Below are positions 52,909-64,000 of a stretch of DNA of 64,000 nucleotides, piece by piece; within the stretch, counting starts at the first letter, position 1, and each line of letters starts with the position of its first letter. The notes under the pieces are model-generated. The model was given only the letters and a program-made list of their open reading frames with translations. It did no database searches and had not been told where the DNA came from. Source of the DNA: Lophium mytilinum (Eukaryota); assembly GCA_010093605.1 (NCBI GenBank), contig MU004200.1, positions 1 to 64,000 of the forward strand, written 5' to 3'. The translations under genes and the position numbers were made by a program.

Positions 52909-55073
52909 CTAGATCATACTCGTCAAACTACTGAGAGGCGAGATGGTCTTCACGCCGACTAACTCGGGCTTTTCTTGGCGGTATCGGTTTTCGCCCTGAT
53001 TTGTTGATTGTGTACGATTAAATGTCGATATCGAATGTAATGGCGGGCTGAATAGTCCGACCACAGGTTCTTCCTTGGCACTGAACGCATGATTGACTTC
53101 CGATACTTTGGTAGTCATGCTTTGGCTGACAGAAGACACGGACAATTTTAGAGTATGTGCGTCCTGGGATGCTTCCTTGTTGACGGGATAAGACGACGAC
53201 GAGGCAGATGCAGAAGATACTGCGCGGGCACGAGCTGTGTGAGAGGTCTCTCGACGGCGTTTAGGGCCATCTTTCACTTTCGGGTGGGAGTGACACTTGA
53301 ACTGACGTTAGAAACAGCTACCAGAAAGTGAGAAGAGTGAGGTTCGAATTTACCTTGTAAGCGTGTCTGAACCATGTGGTTCCTTTCTTTTTACTGCTCA
53401 CCAAGGCTATCCAATCTCCGCAGCTTCCACACAATCCTTCCCAGACGTCAAGGTTACCTTCCGTTCTTCTCGTCTCCTGTGGCCCTTGGAATGCGGCACC
53501 AGTAGCGGCGCTCACTCCGTGGGTGAAAGACTTGTCATACCAAAATGCACTGTTTTTGAGGACAAGCCACCGGCCGGGCTTGCATAGTCCACACCAGCCT
53601 TCACGTTTATTGCCATGCCCTCGTACCCATCGCGGAGTATAAAGGTCGCCACCAAAGCGAAGGTCTTGCTCATGTGGGGTCAGGTCGACATCAGAGGGAT
53701 GCATGTCAGCTTCGGGGGGGTTGGAAGGGTTATCATGGAGTGACGAATAGAGGTCTGGCGGATCTGAAAGGTCTGCAAAATGCGATGAGCAGCCACTATG
53801 CCGGTCTGCGTTACTTTGGAGCAAACGGAACAGGCCTTGTGAAGGAAGGGGACGCGGGACTTCAAGATGAAAGGGCTGGTCCGGCGAGGCGAAAAGCGCG
53901 GGGTTACTGGATTGAAGTGGATGGGGCTGCGAGTACAACACGTTCTGGGTATGCAGCTGGAATGTATTCAGGGCACTTGGTGGATAGGCGGGCATGGAAT
54001 GGTGAGGGTTAAGACGGGCTCCATACGAGGCGAAACGGTCCTGGGCATGATTGATGTTACGTGAACCAGTTGGAGTCGACGTGGGCGTATGGCCGGTAGA
54101 CCAGCGCTTAAAGCGACCGCTGTCTACGGTATACGGCGACGAACGCATGTTGTTGTGCGGCGCCGGTGAGGCACGTGAACGGCTGCCGCTCCGCACCACC
54201 GAGTGAGAGTCGTGCTGGGACCGTCGTGGGGAAGCAAGCGGAGATATTAAGCTAGGCGCATGCTCGAGGCTGTTCCAAGCCTCGCAGTCTGACGCATATG
54301 AAACAGCCTCAGAGGCCGGCATGTCCTCGTAGCTCGTCGACACTTCTGGCATGCCTCCAGTACTAGACATGGAAAAGGACGACTCCGACATGCGCCGGGA
54401 GGCGCCAGAGTTGAATGCTGTTATGTCAGACTCGTTCTCCAGTCCAGCGTATTGCCTGAGGTCAATGATAGGAGTGTCGTCATCGTTGGCTATCATGCTA
54501 TGTCCATACTCGGATATGTCCGGATCTAGCTGAGGGAAGCCTTCCATATCGTCACAGGCTTTGTGCGCCCATGGGTCTAGGAAGATATGGTTAGGTCAAG
54601 TACGATCGCTCGTCAAGAATGCTTACTATTGTCGATCAAAGTGCTACCAAAGTACTCGGGGGGAATGGGTTCTTGAAGGTTCAAGCTACGGTATGCCTGA
54701 GGAGCTATTGCAGGAGCACGCGCAGTAGACCCGTCTGGCTGGTCTAACCACTGCACCGAAGCGTTGCCATCTTTGTTGTTGACACCGGAGCCCTTCTGTA
54801 CCTGCGTGTACGAGTTGTGGTTATGTTGGATAGCCCACAATGGGAACGGCTGGGTTGGTCGTGCGCGCTGGAGGTTCTGGGTGTGTTGCGGTTGCAGGGG
54901 AATGTTCCCATAAGGGTACATCATCTGCGTGGCATGGCGTGACGGATTCTGGGTGATGGTGTAGGATCTATTAGACGCCGGCCTGCATCTTTATACTCTA
55001 CAGTCAGCGCTGCAGATGGTGCCAGATGTCATAGAATCAGAAGGCCTCACTGCTGGACAGCATTAAATTCCAT
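52909..55073 (-). CDS. Rua1 C-terminal-domain (DUF4451/Meu26-like) putative transcription regulator, multi-exon
   Basis: DLYTPRWVRGHGNKREGWCGLC...SAFWYDKSFTHGVS...EGLCGSC...WFRHAYKCH; the 5' exon MEFNAVQ at 55073 is inferred (alternative start 54924). Confidence 0.82.
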
Positions 55074-57172
55074 TTTTAGCCTCTTCTCAAGTAGGTATCG
55101 CCCGTGGGTGTGTGCCGTCGATATCTGTTCACACACGTCTGTCAGACTAGAATAGGAAGAGCATGACGGCTCGAGCGCTGAGAGCGGCGACGTGCGTCCG
55201 GCACGGCGTCGCCGGAGGAAAGTCCAGCGACGCAAGGGAGGGCGGACCGGGGAGTACGCACGAAAAGGAGCCAAGACGGACAGAGTGCAAACACGAGAGA
55301 AGGAATGTCAATAGTGGGAGCTGCTGTAGCACGCGAGGCGACGCTCGTGGTAATCCAACAAATGAAAAGTGTCGCAACGGCGATTAAAAGAATGTACGGA
55401 AGAAGAAACCTTCTGCTGCCAGCGCGGAAGAGAGTCCCACTCCAAAAGTAAAATGAAAGTGAAAAGGAAGGGCTGGGGTTCTAAAGAGTGACGAGGCCAA
55501 AGTAAGAGGAAGTGCAGACTGAGGGGAGTAGGGACTATATGAGAGGGGCGGCAGTGAGGAATTCCGTGCAGTGAAGAGATGAGATGACATGATGGAGGTG
55601 GGCAGCGCCATGGAGCCACACTGGCGCTTGGTTTGAGCTCAGCGTCTGGAGGCGCCTTGGCTGGGAGATCTGGAACAGCGAGAGCGTGGGGCAGCCCGAT
55701 GCAGCCAGGCAGGCGTTCGCCCGAAGAGTGAGGCCGGGGGGGATGGGGCCTAGAGGGGGGGTCTAGGAGTGCTGCTTGGGGGCTGTACAGCCCAACACCA
55801 CCACAGCGAGAACACTGGCACGCCGAGTCTGGACGCTGGAGGTAGGCATCGCACGCCGCCCTTGCGGCAGACGGAGTATCTCCACAGCACGACCATGCTC
55901 AAGCAGCCCGGGACGCTCGAGGCGTGGTTCTCGGGGCAGCTGATAGCAGGGAGGGGTGGACAACCCTATTCGCACTGCGGTGCCCTCTTGCGGGAGGGTT
56001 TCAGCAGTGCCTAGCTGCTGCGTGCTCGATTGAGCAGAATGGGCGGGGTTGGCGCGGCGGGAGGGCTGGTGGACACGCGAGACGTTGGAGGTTTGGATGG
56101 ACTGAGGATGTCGCAGCTGGTGGAAGGTGAAACTGCCACTAGCGAGCGCGACCTCACCTGCACCTCACCCGCACCCTCCACACCTCCACCACGCTGCAAC
56201 GCGACGCGCTGGCCAGCCACTGCACTGCCCACTTCCGACGTGAGCTGCACGGGAGAGCGACACGCTGCAGACGCTTCGGGTGGCATTGCGGTTGGCCGGG
56301 CCTGGCTGCACGCCTCGACTTTGCGCGATGCTTTTGCAAGCTGCGATCCTCTTCGTCACCGGGGTAGTGAACGATGATGGGCCGGGCCGAATGCCGAGAA
56401 GTGGCAGATGGAGACCTTGTGAGAGGGAGAGGAAACAGCACCTGGCATGTCGTTTGATCGACGGCAGCATCAGGACCATCCCCGAACCTCACAACTTCAC
56501 TCACTCATCTCATCCATCGCCAGCACGATTCGTCACATCGCAGGCCGTCCTGGCTCCGGTTTGTCTCGCAGGCCGTATCTACAAGCCGTCTATCGTGTCA
56601 CCCAACGCACGAGAGCGCGTGCCGTGGTGGCATGAAGCTCCAATGCTTGCATCTGCATGTGCCACCCAACCTCCATTCATTGTGCACCCAGCAGGCGCCT
56701 CACTCTTCTAGAACCTTCTGGGCCTTATCTATCCCACTGACTGTCCTACATATCCGTATCTTGACACCCGCATGCAGTTGTTTTGTGTTTTTCAATACGT
56801 TTCGAAGAAACTAAAGCTCTCTCGATGCCTGCTTAGGGTGACTCGATAGGCTACGAAAAATCCAAAGTGTTTTCTGACACCTCGCTAGTAGTATTTGCTG
56901 TGCTCTGACATGTCTTGAAGAATCTAAAGATATCTAGTATAGATCCCCCTGGAGCCGCCTGGAGTGCCCAGCAAATGAAGCGGCCCGCCGACATGTAGGA
57001 CGATATCTCGGCCGAAGTATGATTTGAAAATAGGTCGAGGGAATGCAAGCGGGGGCGTAAGAGTGTCCCCAGACCAATGTCCTAGTCTGGTATTCCCATT
57101 CCCATCTTCACACACATTCCCTAGCATCCCAGCATCTGGCACCCACACCCACCAGGCCAGCCTTGATGGCGC

Positions 57173-59319
57173 TCACACTGATTCCTTGGTCTCGACCCCG
57201 AAGCTCTCCACCTTCTTTTCGTCCATATCGTGCCCTTGTCTTGCTATGCGCGCATCCTCTTCTGCGTACTCGGCGGGCCTGGCCAGCTGCACGGCTATCT
57301 TGTTCCGGTGCACGAAGAGGCCTGGTCCAGATTCGAAGAAACGGTCGATATCTTCGAGCGTTCGGTTGGCAGTTTCGGGATAGAAGAAGTAGGTGGTTGG
57401 AACGAATGCCGCGCAGATCACAGCCCAGATGATCCAGAACTTGTAGCCCAGGTTGTCGATTCCTGGTAGTGTAACTTGCACCACGGCGTAGTTCTAGCAA
57501 TCGGTTAGTCTTGCTAGTGTATAAAGTGCATCTCCATTGCCCTGAGTATGCTTTCTTTCTACTGTGCCGAATAGGAAAATCTATGAGTACTCACCATTAT
57601 CCAATTGGTAGCCATAGCGAGAGACGCCCCCTTGGTCCTCATCTCTAGTGCGTTGATCTCCGTTGGGTACAGCCACGGGACTCCCAAGACGCCCTGATAG
57701 ATCTGTTAGGTAGGCTCTAGGCTCAATAAGAGAGATACTTGCCATTCCAAAGCTCGCAAAGAAAACAAAGAAGAACGACACTGCAACAATGCCGAGCTTG
57801 TATGAATTCCCTCCATGGGCAGATATACCCAGGGCGATAGCGATAATGATCCAGCAAGTCGAGCAGGCTGCTGCAGAAACCATCATAACCCTTCGCCGCC
57901 CGTACCTCTCGATAACGAAGTAGGCCAGACAGGCGAAGATAAGGTAGTCGACGCTTCCGGCGGCAGCTAAAATCCTGGATAGCAACGTCGAGATGCCGAG
58001 AGCATTGATGAAGATATACGACATATAGTAGCTACAATCTGATATTAGCGGCAGCTTCATTTGTATCAACTAGAACTTACCTCGTAACGTTGATGCCCGA
58101 AATTTGATTCATGGCCTGCATAACAGCACCCAGAATCATACGTCTCAGCACACCTGCGGGACCCCGTCCAGAAAGAAGCTGCCACCAGCTGTACGATGAC
58201 ATCTGCTCCCGGTCAAGTACGCTCTTGATGATGTTGAACTGGGCTTCGACTTCTGGCGAATCTACAGTTGCGCCGTGTCCTTCTAGTGCGGCGAGCACCT
58301 CATAGGCCTCTTCATGCTTATTTTTCCGGATGAGGAGACGCGGTGAGTCAGGGAGGAATGGGCAGAGGGCGTATATGCAGAGCGTGAAGAACACCTGGAA
58401 AGCTAGCGGGAAACGCCAAGCAACGTCCCTGGGGGCGAATGAGAACCCGAGGGTCAGCCAATTACTATCAAACTGTTAGCAAAACCTCTTTTCACGACTG
58501 TGCAAGGGTCTACAAGCCTGATCGAAAACCCAGTTATGCAGTTAGCCATCTGAATAATAACGAGCTTGCCCCGACTCCTCATTTTGCTGGTCTCGGCTTG
58601 CCACACACCAGCTGTGGCAGTATTCATTCCCGTGCCTAGCCCGGCAACGATTCTGCAAAGGATGTCAGTGGACTTGTCGTGTTGAGAAAATATCTTTATG
58701 GAAGACCGTATACACCAGTCTGACACTGTCTGGAGGGCCTCAGGGTACTTTCGGAAGTCTGAATCGAGTAGATGTTCATCATTTTGAACGGTCCTCAAAC
58801 TCGTTAAGCCACCTCAGACGGTGGCAACCTCCTGTGAAAATACCTCGAAACCCGTCCAGCAGTGGCAAAAGAGTGTATGCATATCTACAGCGAGGTGTGT
58901 GGAGAGATGAAGGAGAGGCTGGGCTTACCGGCCGACCATCATCTGGGGCACTCCGTAACTTGTGGCTTGAATGATTGCGCCGATCATGATGATTGTAGAC
59001 CCAAGAATGATTTGTCGGGGCCGTCCGAGTATGTCTCCAGTCCAAACGGTCCTGTACTGCGTAAGCGAAGTCAATTGCTACTGTGAATGGAAAAGACTGA
59101 CGACATAGCTCCACAGAAGCATCCGATGTTATAGATCGACGTCATTGTGCCCTGCATGTCGGACGATGGATGCCCAAAGGTGTTCAGAAAGTGTTCGTTT
59201 ATGATGACATTTCCGAACACGCCCTGATCATAACCATAGAAAACGAGGACAATTGAAGCAGCGATCGAGATCCACACCGTAAGCCGCTCCCCGGAGCCTC
59301 CTAGATATTTGCGTGCCAT
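57173..59319 (-). CDS. MFS sugar porter (STL1-like sugar/polyol:H+ symporter), 7 exons
   Basis: FYGYDQG, GRIVAGLGTG, PDSPR, QISGIN, ERYGRR, WLYPTEIN, PETANRTLEDID. Confidence 0.93.
58710..58878 (-). ncRNA. Candidate structured RNA element inside the 276-nt intron (58653-58928) of the sugar porter
   Basis: Arms 58826-58878 and 58710-58759 pair on the transcribed strand with many G-U pairs; inner hairpins gccacc/ggtggc, cgagt/actcg, gttca/tgaac. Confidence 0.6.
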
Positions 59320-59972
59320 CTTTCTCAAAGTCTTTGCAGGATATATGGACGTTGGTAGGAAGAGGAGACACTTGACATGCGGGGGGCAGTCCGTGTAGCC
59401 GAGGATTGAATACGACAACAATGAAGCACTGAAATATGGAAGGAATCCACTCTACCTGTTCGCGGGGAAACTGGAAGAGTCCAAAGGGCATTTATACTCT
59501 CCTCTTCCTTAGCGCACGACTCATGCTGCGCTACACGGTCGTTGGTTCTGACGGTCACTTGAAAGCTGGGGACCTTCACCCGCCAGCCCCACAGCGTCAT
59601 ATGGATCTAAGGGTTTCCCCATGGGGTCCCCAAGTTCATAGGATCCACTCATAGACGAAGGTCAGGGGGCACTTTCGGGACAAGTTGCTGGGATGGTTTG
59701 CGAATGAGTTTTGCCCCGATGTCTCGGGCCATGTTTCTCACGAAATACTGCCCTTCGGACCGGCGTTCGTGGCAGGTCTGCCGAGCTGCCCCGGAGAACA
59801 GCCGCAAGGAGGCAACTTCGCCGACATAGAGTGGACCTCCAACGCACCGTTATCACCCGCTTATCGACATCCGTATCATTTTATGGAGGCGAGACAACGC
59901 CTTATTGTATAAAGTTTATCAGGTGATAGTAGTGGTGCAGTCCAGCTTGGATGGGCAATACCTAGTCTTGAA

Positions 59973-60659
59973 TGCCAGCTTCTTGGCGCACTTTGCTGTT
60001 TGATGGCAGAAAACGCCACCAAGACGGCAGATCAGCGAGCCGATGCCAGTTTAGGCCTAATTAGGCCTATCTAAGCATCGCTCCTCTGCTTGGGCGTCTA
60101 TGCAACCTTCTCCAGCACTGCACAACTCCGGAGCTGCTTAAATATCACTTGATTCTAATAAATCAGTAGTGAATATCGGAAGCATAAGATGTATAAACAG
60201 GGAGAGGAGACAGTTAGAGGGTGTCCAAGTATTATGTTAATTTGCTGGCCCGGCACGCTAGGCGCGCTCCAGCAGTTCAACACCGTCTGAGGTGGCCCGG
60301 AGAGCTACTCGGCTTGCCAAAGCTGGTATTTCGAGACTAGTAACAGCGTACTGGGGGACTTCAGACGGTGCTAGATAAAGGTACACAAGTATAGAGATAG
60401 TGGGCGCCTCATGAATTTGGGGGCTGCCAAGTTCTATTGCCACTTATCTTCTCCTATCACTACTACTCCCTTTTCCATCCTCTCACACGTCTTATGGGCA
60501 TATAAGTTGTGCAGTGCTGGAGAAGGTTGCATAGACGCCCAAGCAGAGGAGCGATGCTTAGATAGGCCTAATTAGGCCTAAACTGGCATCGGCTCGCTGA
60601 TCTGCCGTCTTGGTGGCGTTTTCTGCCATCAAACAGCAAAGTGCGCCAAGAAGCTGGCA
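59973..60659. repeat. Fold-back element: 155-bp perfect inverted repeats (59973-60127, 60505-60659) around a 377-bp spacer
   Basis: Base-by-base reverse-complement identity; each arm contains the palindrome taggcctaattaggccta. Confidence 0.95.
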
Positions 60660-61481
60660 GTCGAGAATTGTCCCAGCTTGAAACTATCATACCTCGAATC
60701 CACGCTCCACGTGCTTCGTGCTTCGTTAGTTCTACAGGTGTCGAAGCGAGCTCATCCAGGTAATCCCCGTACAACCCGATGAATTGCACCAATTGCCCTC
60801 CACTCTTCCTTCAGGGGTTTGCTTTGGAAACTGTTAGTGCCTCAAGCATTCGATTTCCCAGCTACCAGGCACAGTCACCCATATCTAACTCTAAAACAAT
60901 CCGCTAGCCCAATTCGTCGGTCAATTCCGTATAGCCGTGTCTGCGAGGATGAACTGCAGCTGACGCATCTATGAAGCCTCACTAATGCGCTAACACTATT
61001 CGGCCAAGCTCCTTCGGAGCTTTCGTTTAGATTGACAAGACCACTTACAGCCAGCTGTAGGAACATATCTCTAGTCAAATCATCAACATGGTCAAACCCA
61101 AATTACCCAGGAAAATTGATTGTGCGTCTCGCTCGCTCAATAGCTCTGAAGTGCGGGACACCGACGGAAAGGCATCATTTGGTCCAACCACGCTTTGAAA
61201 CCTCATCTTTAAACGCTTGAAGGCACCATTCCTCGTGTGAGTCCGACTCGGTAGGTGCAGCTAATGCCTCCAATCTCCCGGAAACCCCAGCATATAAGTA
61301 GAACCTGCGTTCTGGAATTGAAATGTCACTACGATACTCTGAATTTTTTGGGGATAGATTAATCGTATTACTCGTTTCCATTTCTAGGACAAGTCTGATT
61401 TCTACCTTCGTAGGTCAAGTCGAGCTCTAATCCGAGAACTGACACGAAGAAGCAAATCAGGCACTCCATCTTGACAATCTG

Positions 61482-62789
61482 ATGCATTACTCACTTGTCG
61501 TCTTTCTAGGCTCCTGTCTAGTTGCTCAAGGGGGCCGACTGACCTTTGACGTACCTGCATATTACAACCGTACAGATATCGTCCGCGTAGATGAGAAAGC
61601 CATCGGGGCTCTTCCTTGGTCCTTTGATCGCGGATCATTTTGTAAGTCGAACACCACGCAATCACAGTCGCGCTAACCATGACCTCGAAACTCAAATCTG
61701 GGGGACTATCACACCAGACCCTACTATTAAAGCCGAATTTACCAAAATTCAGGCCGCGAGCTTCATCGCCTTCGACGACCGCTTCTACGATATCATTGGA
61801 CCTAATCCAATGATCGAGAAACTCTTTACTCTCCCGCAGGCGATGCATGAGGCGGCCAACTATCTCCCCAAGCAGAACAAAGTCTTCGTGTCAGCGTGTA
61901 ATGAGACATATGACTATCTCATTGACCTTTGCACGGAGCCGCCAACGATCAAACAGTTCACCGCAGATCCACCATTAGAGTCAGTGAATGGTGGGATCTT
62001 GGTCGGCAATCAACTACTCGTTGGAACGGATGGCTTTCGAAATTCTAGTCCGCCGGGAATCTATACCTTAGACCCAGACACGTTGAAGTCCGGCGTATTG
62101 CTCAACAATTACCGCGGACTGAGATTTAATACCATCGACGATCTTACAGTCGATCACTTTGGCAATATCTGGTTCGTTGATGCGCCGTAAGTTCATAAAG
62201 ATAGTCCTTCACTTGTACGGCTCTTGCTGATATATCTGAAAGATTCGCATGGTTCGCAGAAGGCCTAAAACCCGGCCTCCACAAGGTGTTCGACAATGCC
62301 CCGACCCTGCCTTCAGCCATCTACGTCTACAACATAACCTCCGGTACCATCGTGTGCGTAGACCAATCTATAGTCTGGCCGAACGGAATAGCCTTCTCTC
62401 CAGACGGGAAGACCCTTTTTGTCTCAGACACCCCGTTCAACCTGCAGACCGAGTTCCGCGGCGTCTTCGCGTTTGACGTCACCTACCCTTATACTCTAAG
62501 CAATAAGCGCATGGTATATCTACCAGACACAAACATCGTTGACGGTCTCAAGGTTAGCGAAGAAGGAAATCTGTTCGGTGCCGCGGGATCGACTATCGAT
62601 GTCTTCACGCCACAGGGAGAGCTCCTCGGTAAGATCTCCGCGGGAGGTGAGGAGAAGAACTTGTATAATCTCGTCTTTTTGCCGAATGGGGAGATCATTC
62701 TGTCGGGGATGATGGGTATTTGGCGGGTGAAGATCACGCAGCAGGGATTGATCAACTATGGCCAAGGTGCAGTACCTGCTGAGAAGTGA
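61482..62789 (+). CDS. Secreted SMP-30/gluconolactonase-family beta-propeller (introns ~61642-61717, 62187-62242)
   Basis: Signal-like N-terminus MHYSLVVFLGSCLVAQG; NNYRGLRFNTIDD, WPNGIAFSPDGKTLFVSDT, DGLKV. Confidence 0.88.
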
Positions 62790-63106
62790 TGTGGCTAGCG
62801 AGATTCAGCTGAAAGTTGATTAGTGAGGGTGCAGCCAGGACGGTTCAACCAGTGAAAGGGTACTAATTGTTTGAAGCCTTTCCGGCTAGCCGACAGAATG
62901 CGACATGCTCTGTCCATACTTGTAGTGGAAATTTGATTGCTTAGTACATGAATACTACTTGAGTCAAACACTTAGAACTGCGCATGTAGGGTAAACCGCG
63001 ACAAGATACCGTTCGCTTTTCTAATCCTTCAATACAGTGATGCGCCACCAGCTTTCAATGAGTACAATAAAGTCAGCACTGCGCCCACACTCAAGCTAAA
63101 CCTAGT

Positions 63107-64000
63107 CTAATGGCCCGCACGACTCGGCTCAGACAACGGACCATCCTGTGGTCTAACAACGTGCACTGGCATACTCATCGGTACCCATATATATGACTGC
63201 GGCGCAGACCCGGAGTTGCTCTCTTGCATCATCGACCGAAACTGACCTGCGGGCCCTCATCAGCTGATGTAGCGCTACAGGAGAAGATGTAATACACTCA
63301 CTCGGATGCGCAAAGCAGCCCACCGGTATCATCAACATGCCCATAGCCATGGGATTGGGATACCCGTATGGACCACAAGCCTGCGAATTCGGAAACATAG
63401 ATTCCGGACGATCGTCTGGAGGAGAGCCGTTCATTTCAAGAGTATTGTATTGCCTTGAACACTCGATGGGTACAGGCATCGTGCATGAGTCCCCATGGGA
63501 CAAAGACACCGGAGCCGGTGCGACGATGCACATAGGATCAGGCACATTTGGGTCTAGGAAATCGGGTAGGGGGCTAAGAGAGTCGTGGGGGCTCCCGAAC
63601 GAACTCATAGTAGTCTGCATCTGCGGACCGCGATACCTATCGAAGGCAGTGCTATTGGCGGAGAGATCGAGAAAGTCGGCCATGATTTTGTAGGGCGCTA
63701 CATTATCTGCCATTCTTGAATACTCGGGTTGTGTTGGAGGTGTTCCAGCTCCCGGAAGTAATGGGTCGATATATGCAGGCGTGCTTGCGGATGGGTTGAT
63801 GGAATCAGATACTGCTGCTGTTGGTGGCCTGGACTGTGATTCGTCATTGGCTTTGTTGGCGTCGACCATAGCTTCCAGCTTCTCCAGTCTCGTGCGTATC
63901 TTGTTGCCTACCCTAACCATTAGGCCTATCCTTTCATAGGGGTGGTCGGGAATGAATATGCTACATACGGTAGTTCCGTTGCGAGATCCGGTTCTGGACG
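63107..64000 (-). CDS. bZIP transcription factor, 5' end outside the window
   Basis: Spliced VQNRISQRNYR|NKIRTRLEKLEAMV across intron ~63909-63968; the last exon is inferred via a GC-AG intron. Confidence 0.8.

Noticed and set aside
55100..56800. Many short GC-rich ORFs
   Set aside because: Consistent with a long promoter/5' UTR of the Rua1-domain gene; no coding signature
58653..58928. TPP riboswitch, SRP RNA, hammerhead or C/D snoRNA identity for the structured intron
   Set aside because: No TPP CUGAGA/CUGAU..AAU consensus, no SRP helix-8 motif, no CUGAUGA core; AUGAUGA is present but no terminal D box is correctly placed, so it was left unassigned

Overview
Fungal (filamentous ascomycete, Pezizomycotina-type) nuclear DNA with spliceosomal introns. 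Gene-dense GC-balanced blocks alternate with very AT/TpA-rich islands of transposon relics that carry the RIP (repeat-induced point mutation) signature. Bases 1-13.1 kb are a nest of decayed LTR retrotransposons: a + strand chromodomain Gypsy, a - strand Gypsy and a Copia 3' half. The ~257-bp Copia LTR recurs as solo/partial copies across the window, several with 5-bp TSDs. Genes: DUF1295 protein, TOP3, STB3, dynactin p62, NDUFAF5-like methyltransferase, F-box/WD40, a small membrane protein, an acidic-FGDF-motif protein, PAS kinase, a small secreted Cys-rich protein, a HET pseudogene, a Zn2Cys6 TF, RPL16, a Rua1-domain protein, an MFS sugar porter, an SMP-30/gluconolactonase and a partial bZIP. 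The most unusual area is 57.1-62.8 kb. The sugar-porter gene has two GC-AG introns and a 276-nt intron that folds into a ~50-bp G-U-rich stem with a branched head. Upstream sits a 155-bp perfect inverted repeat around a 377-bp spacer with its own hairpin, which shares an exact 16-mer with the intron hairpin. Also noted: a 648-bp TIR element with an 8-bp TSD and a structured long intron in RPL16. Exon boundaries and RNA pairings were read by eye; no folding or database searches were run.
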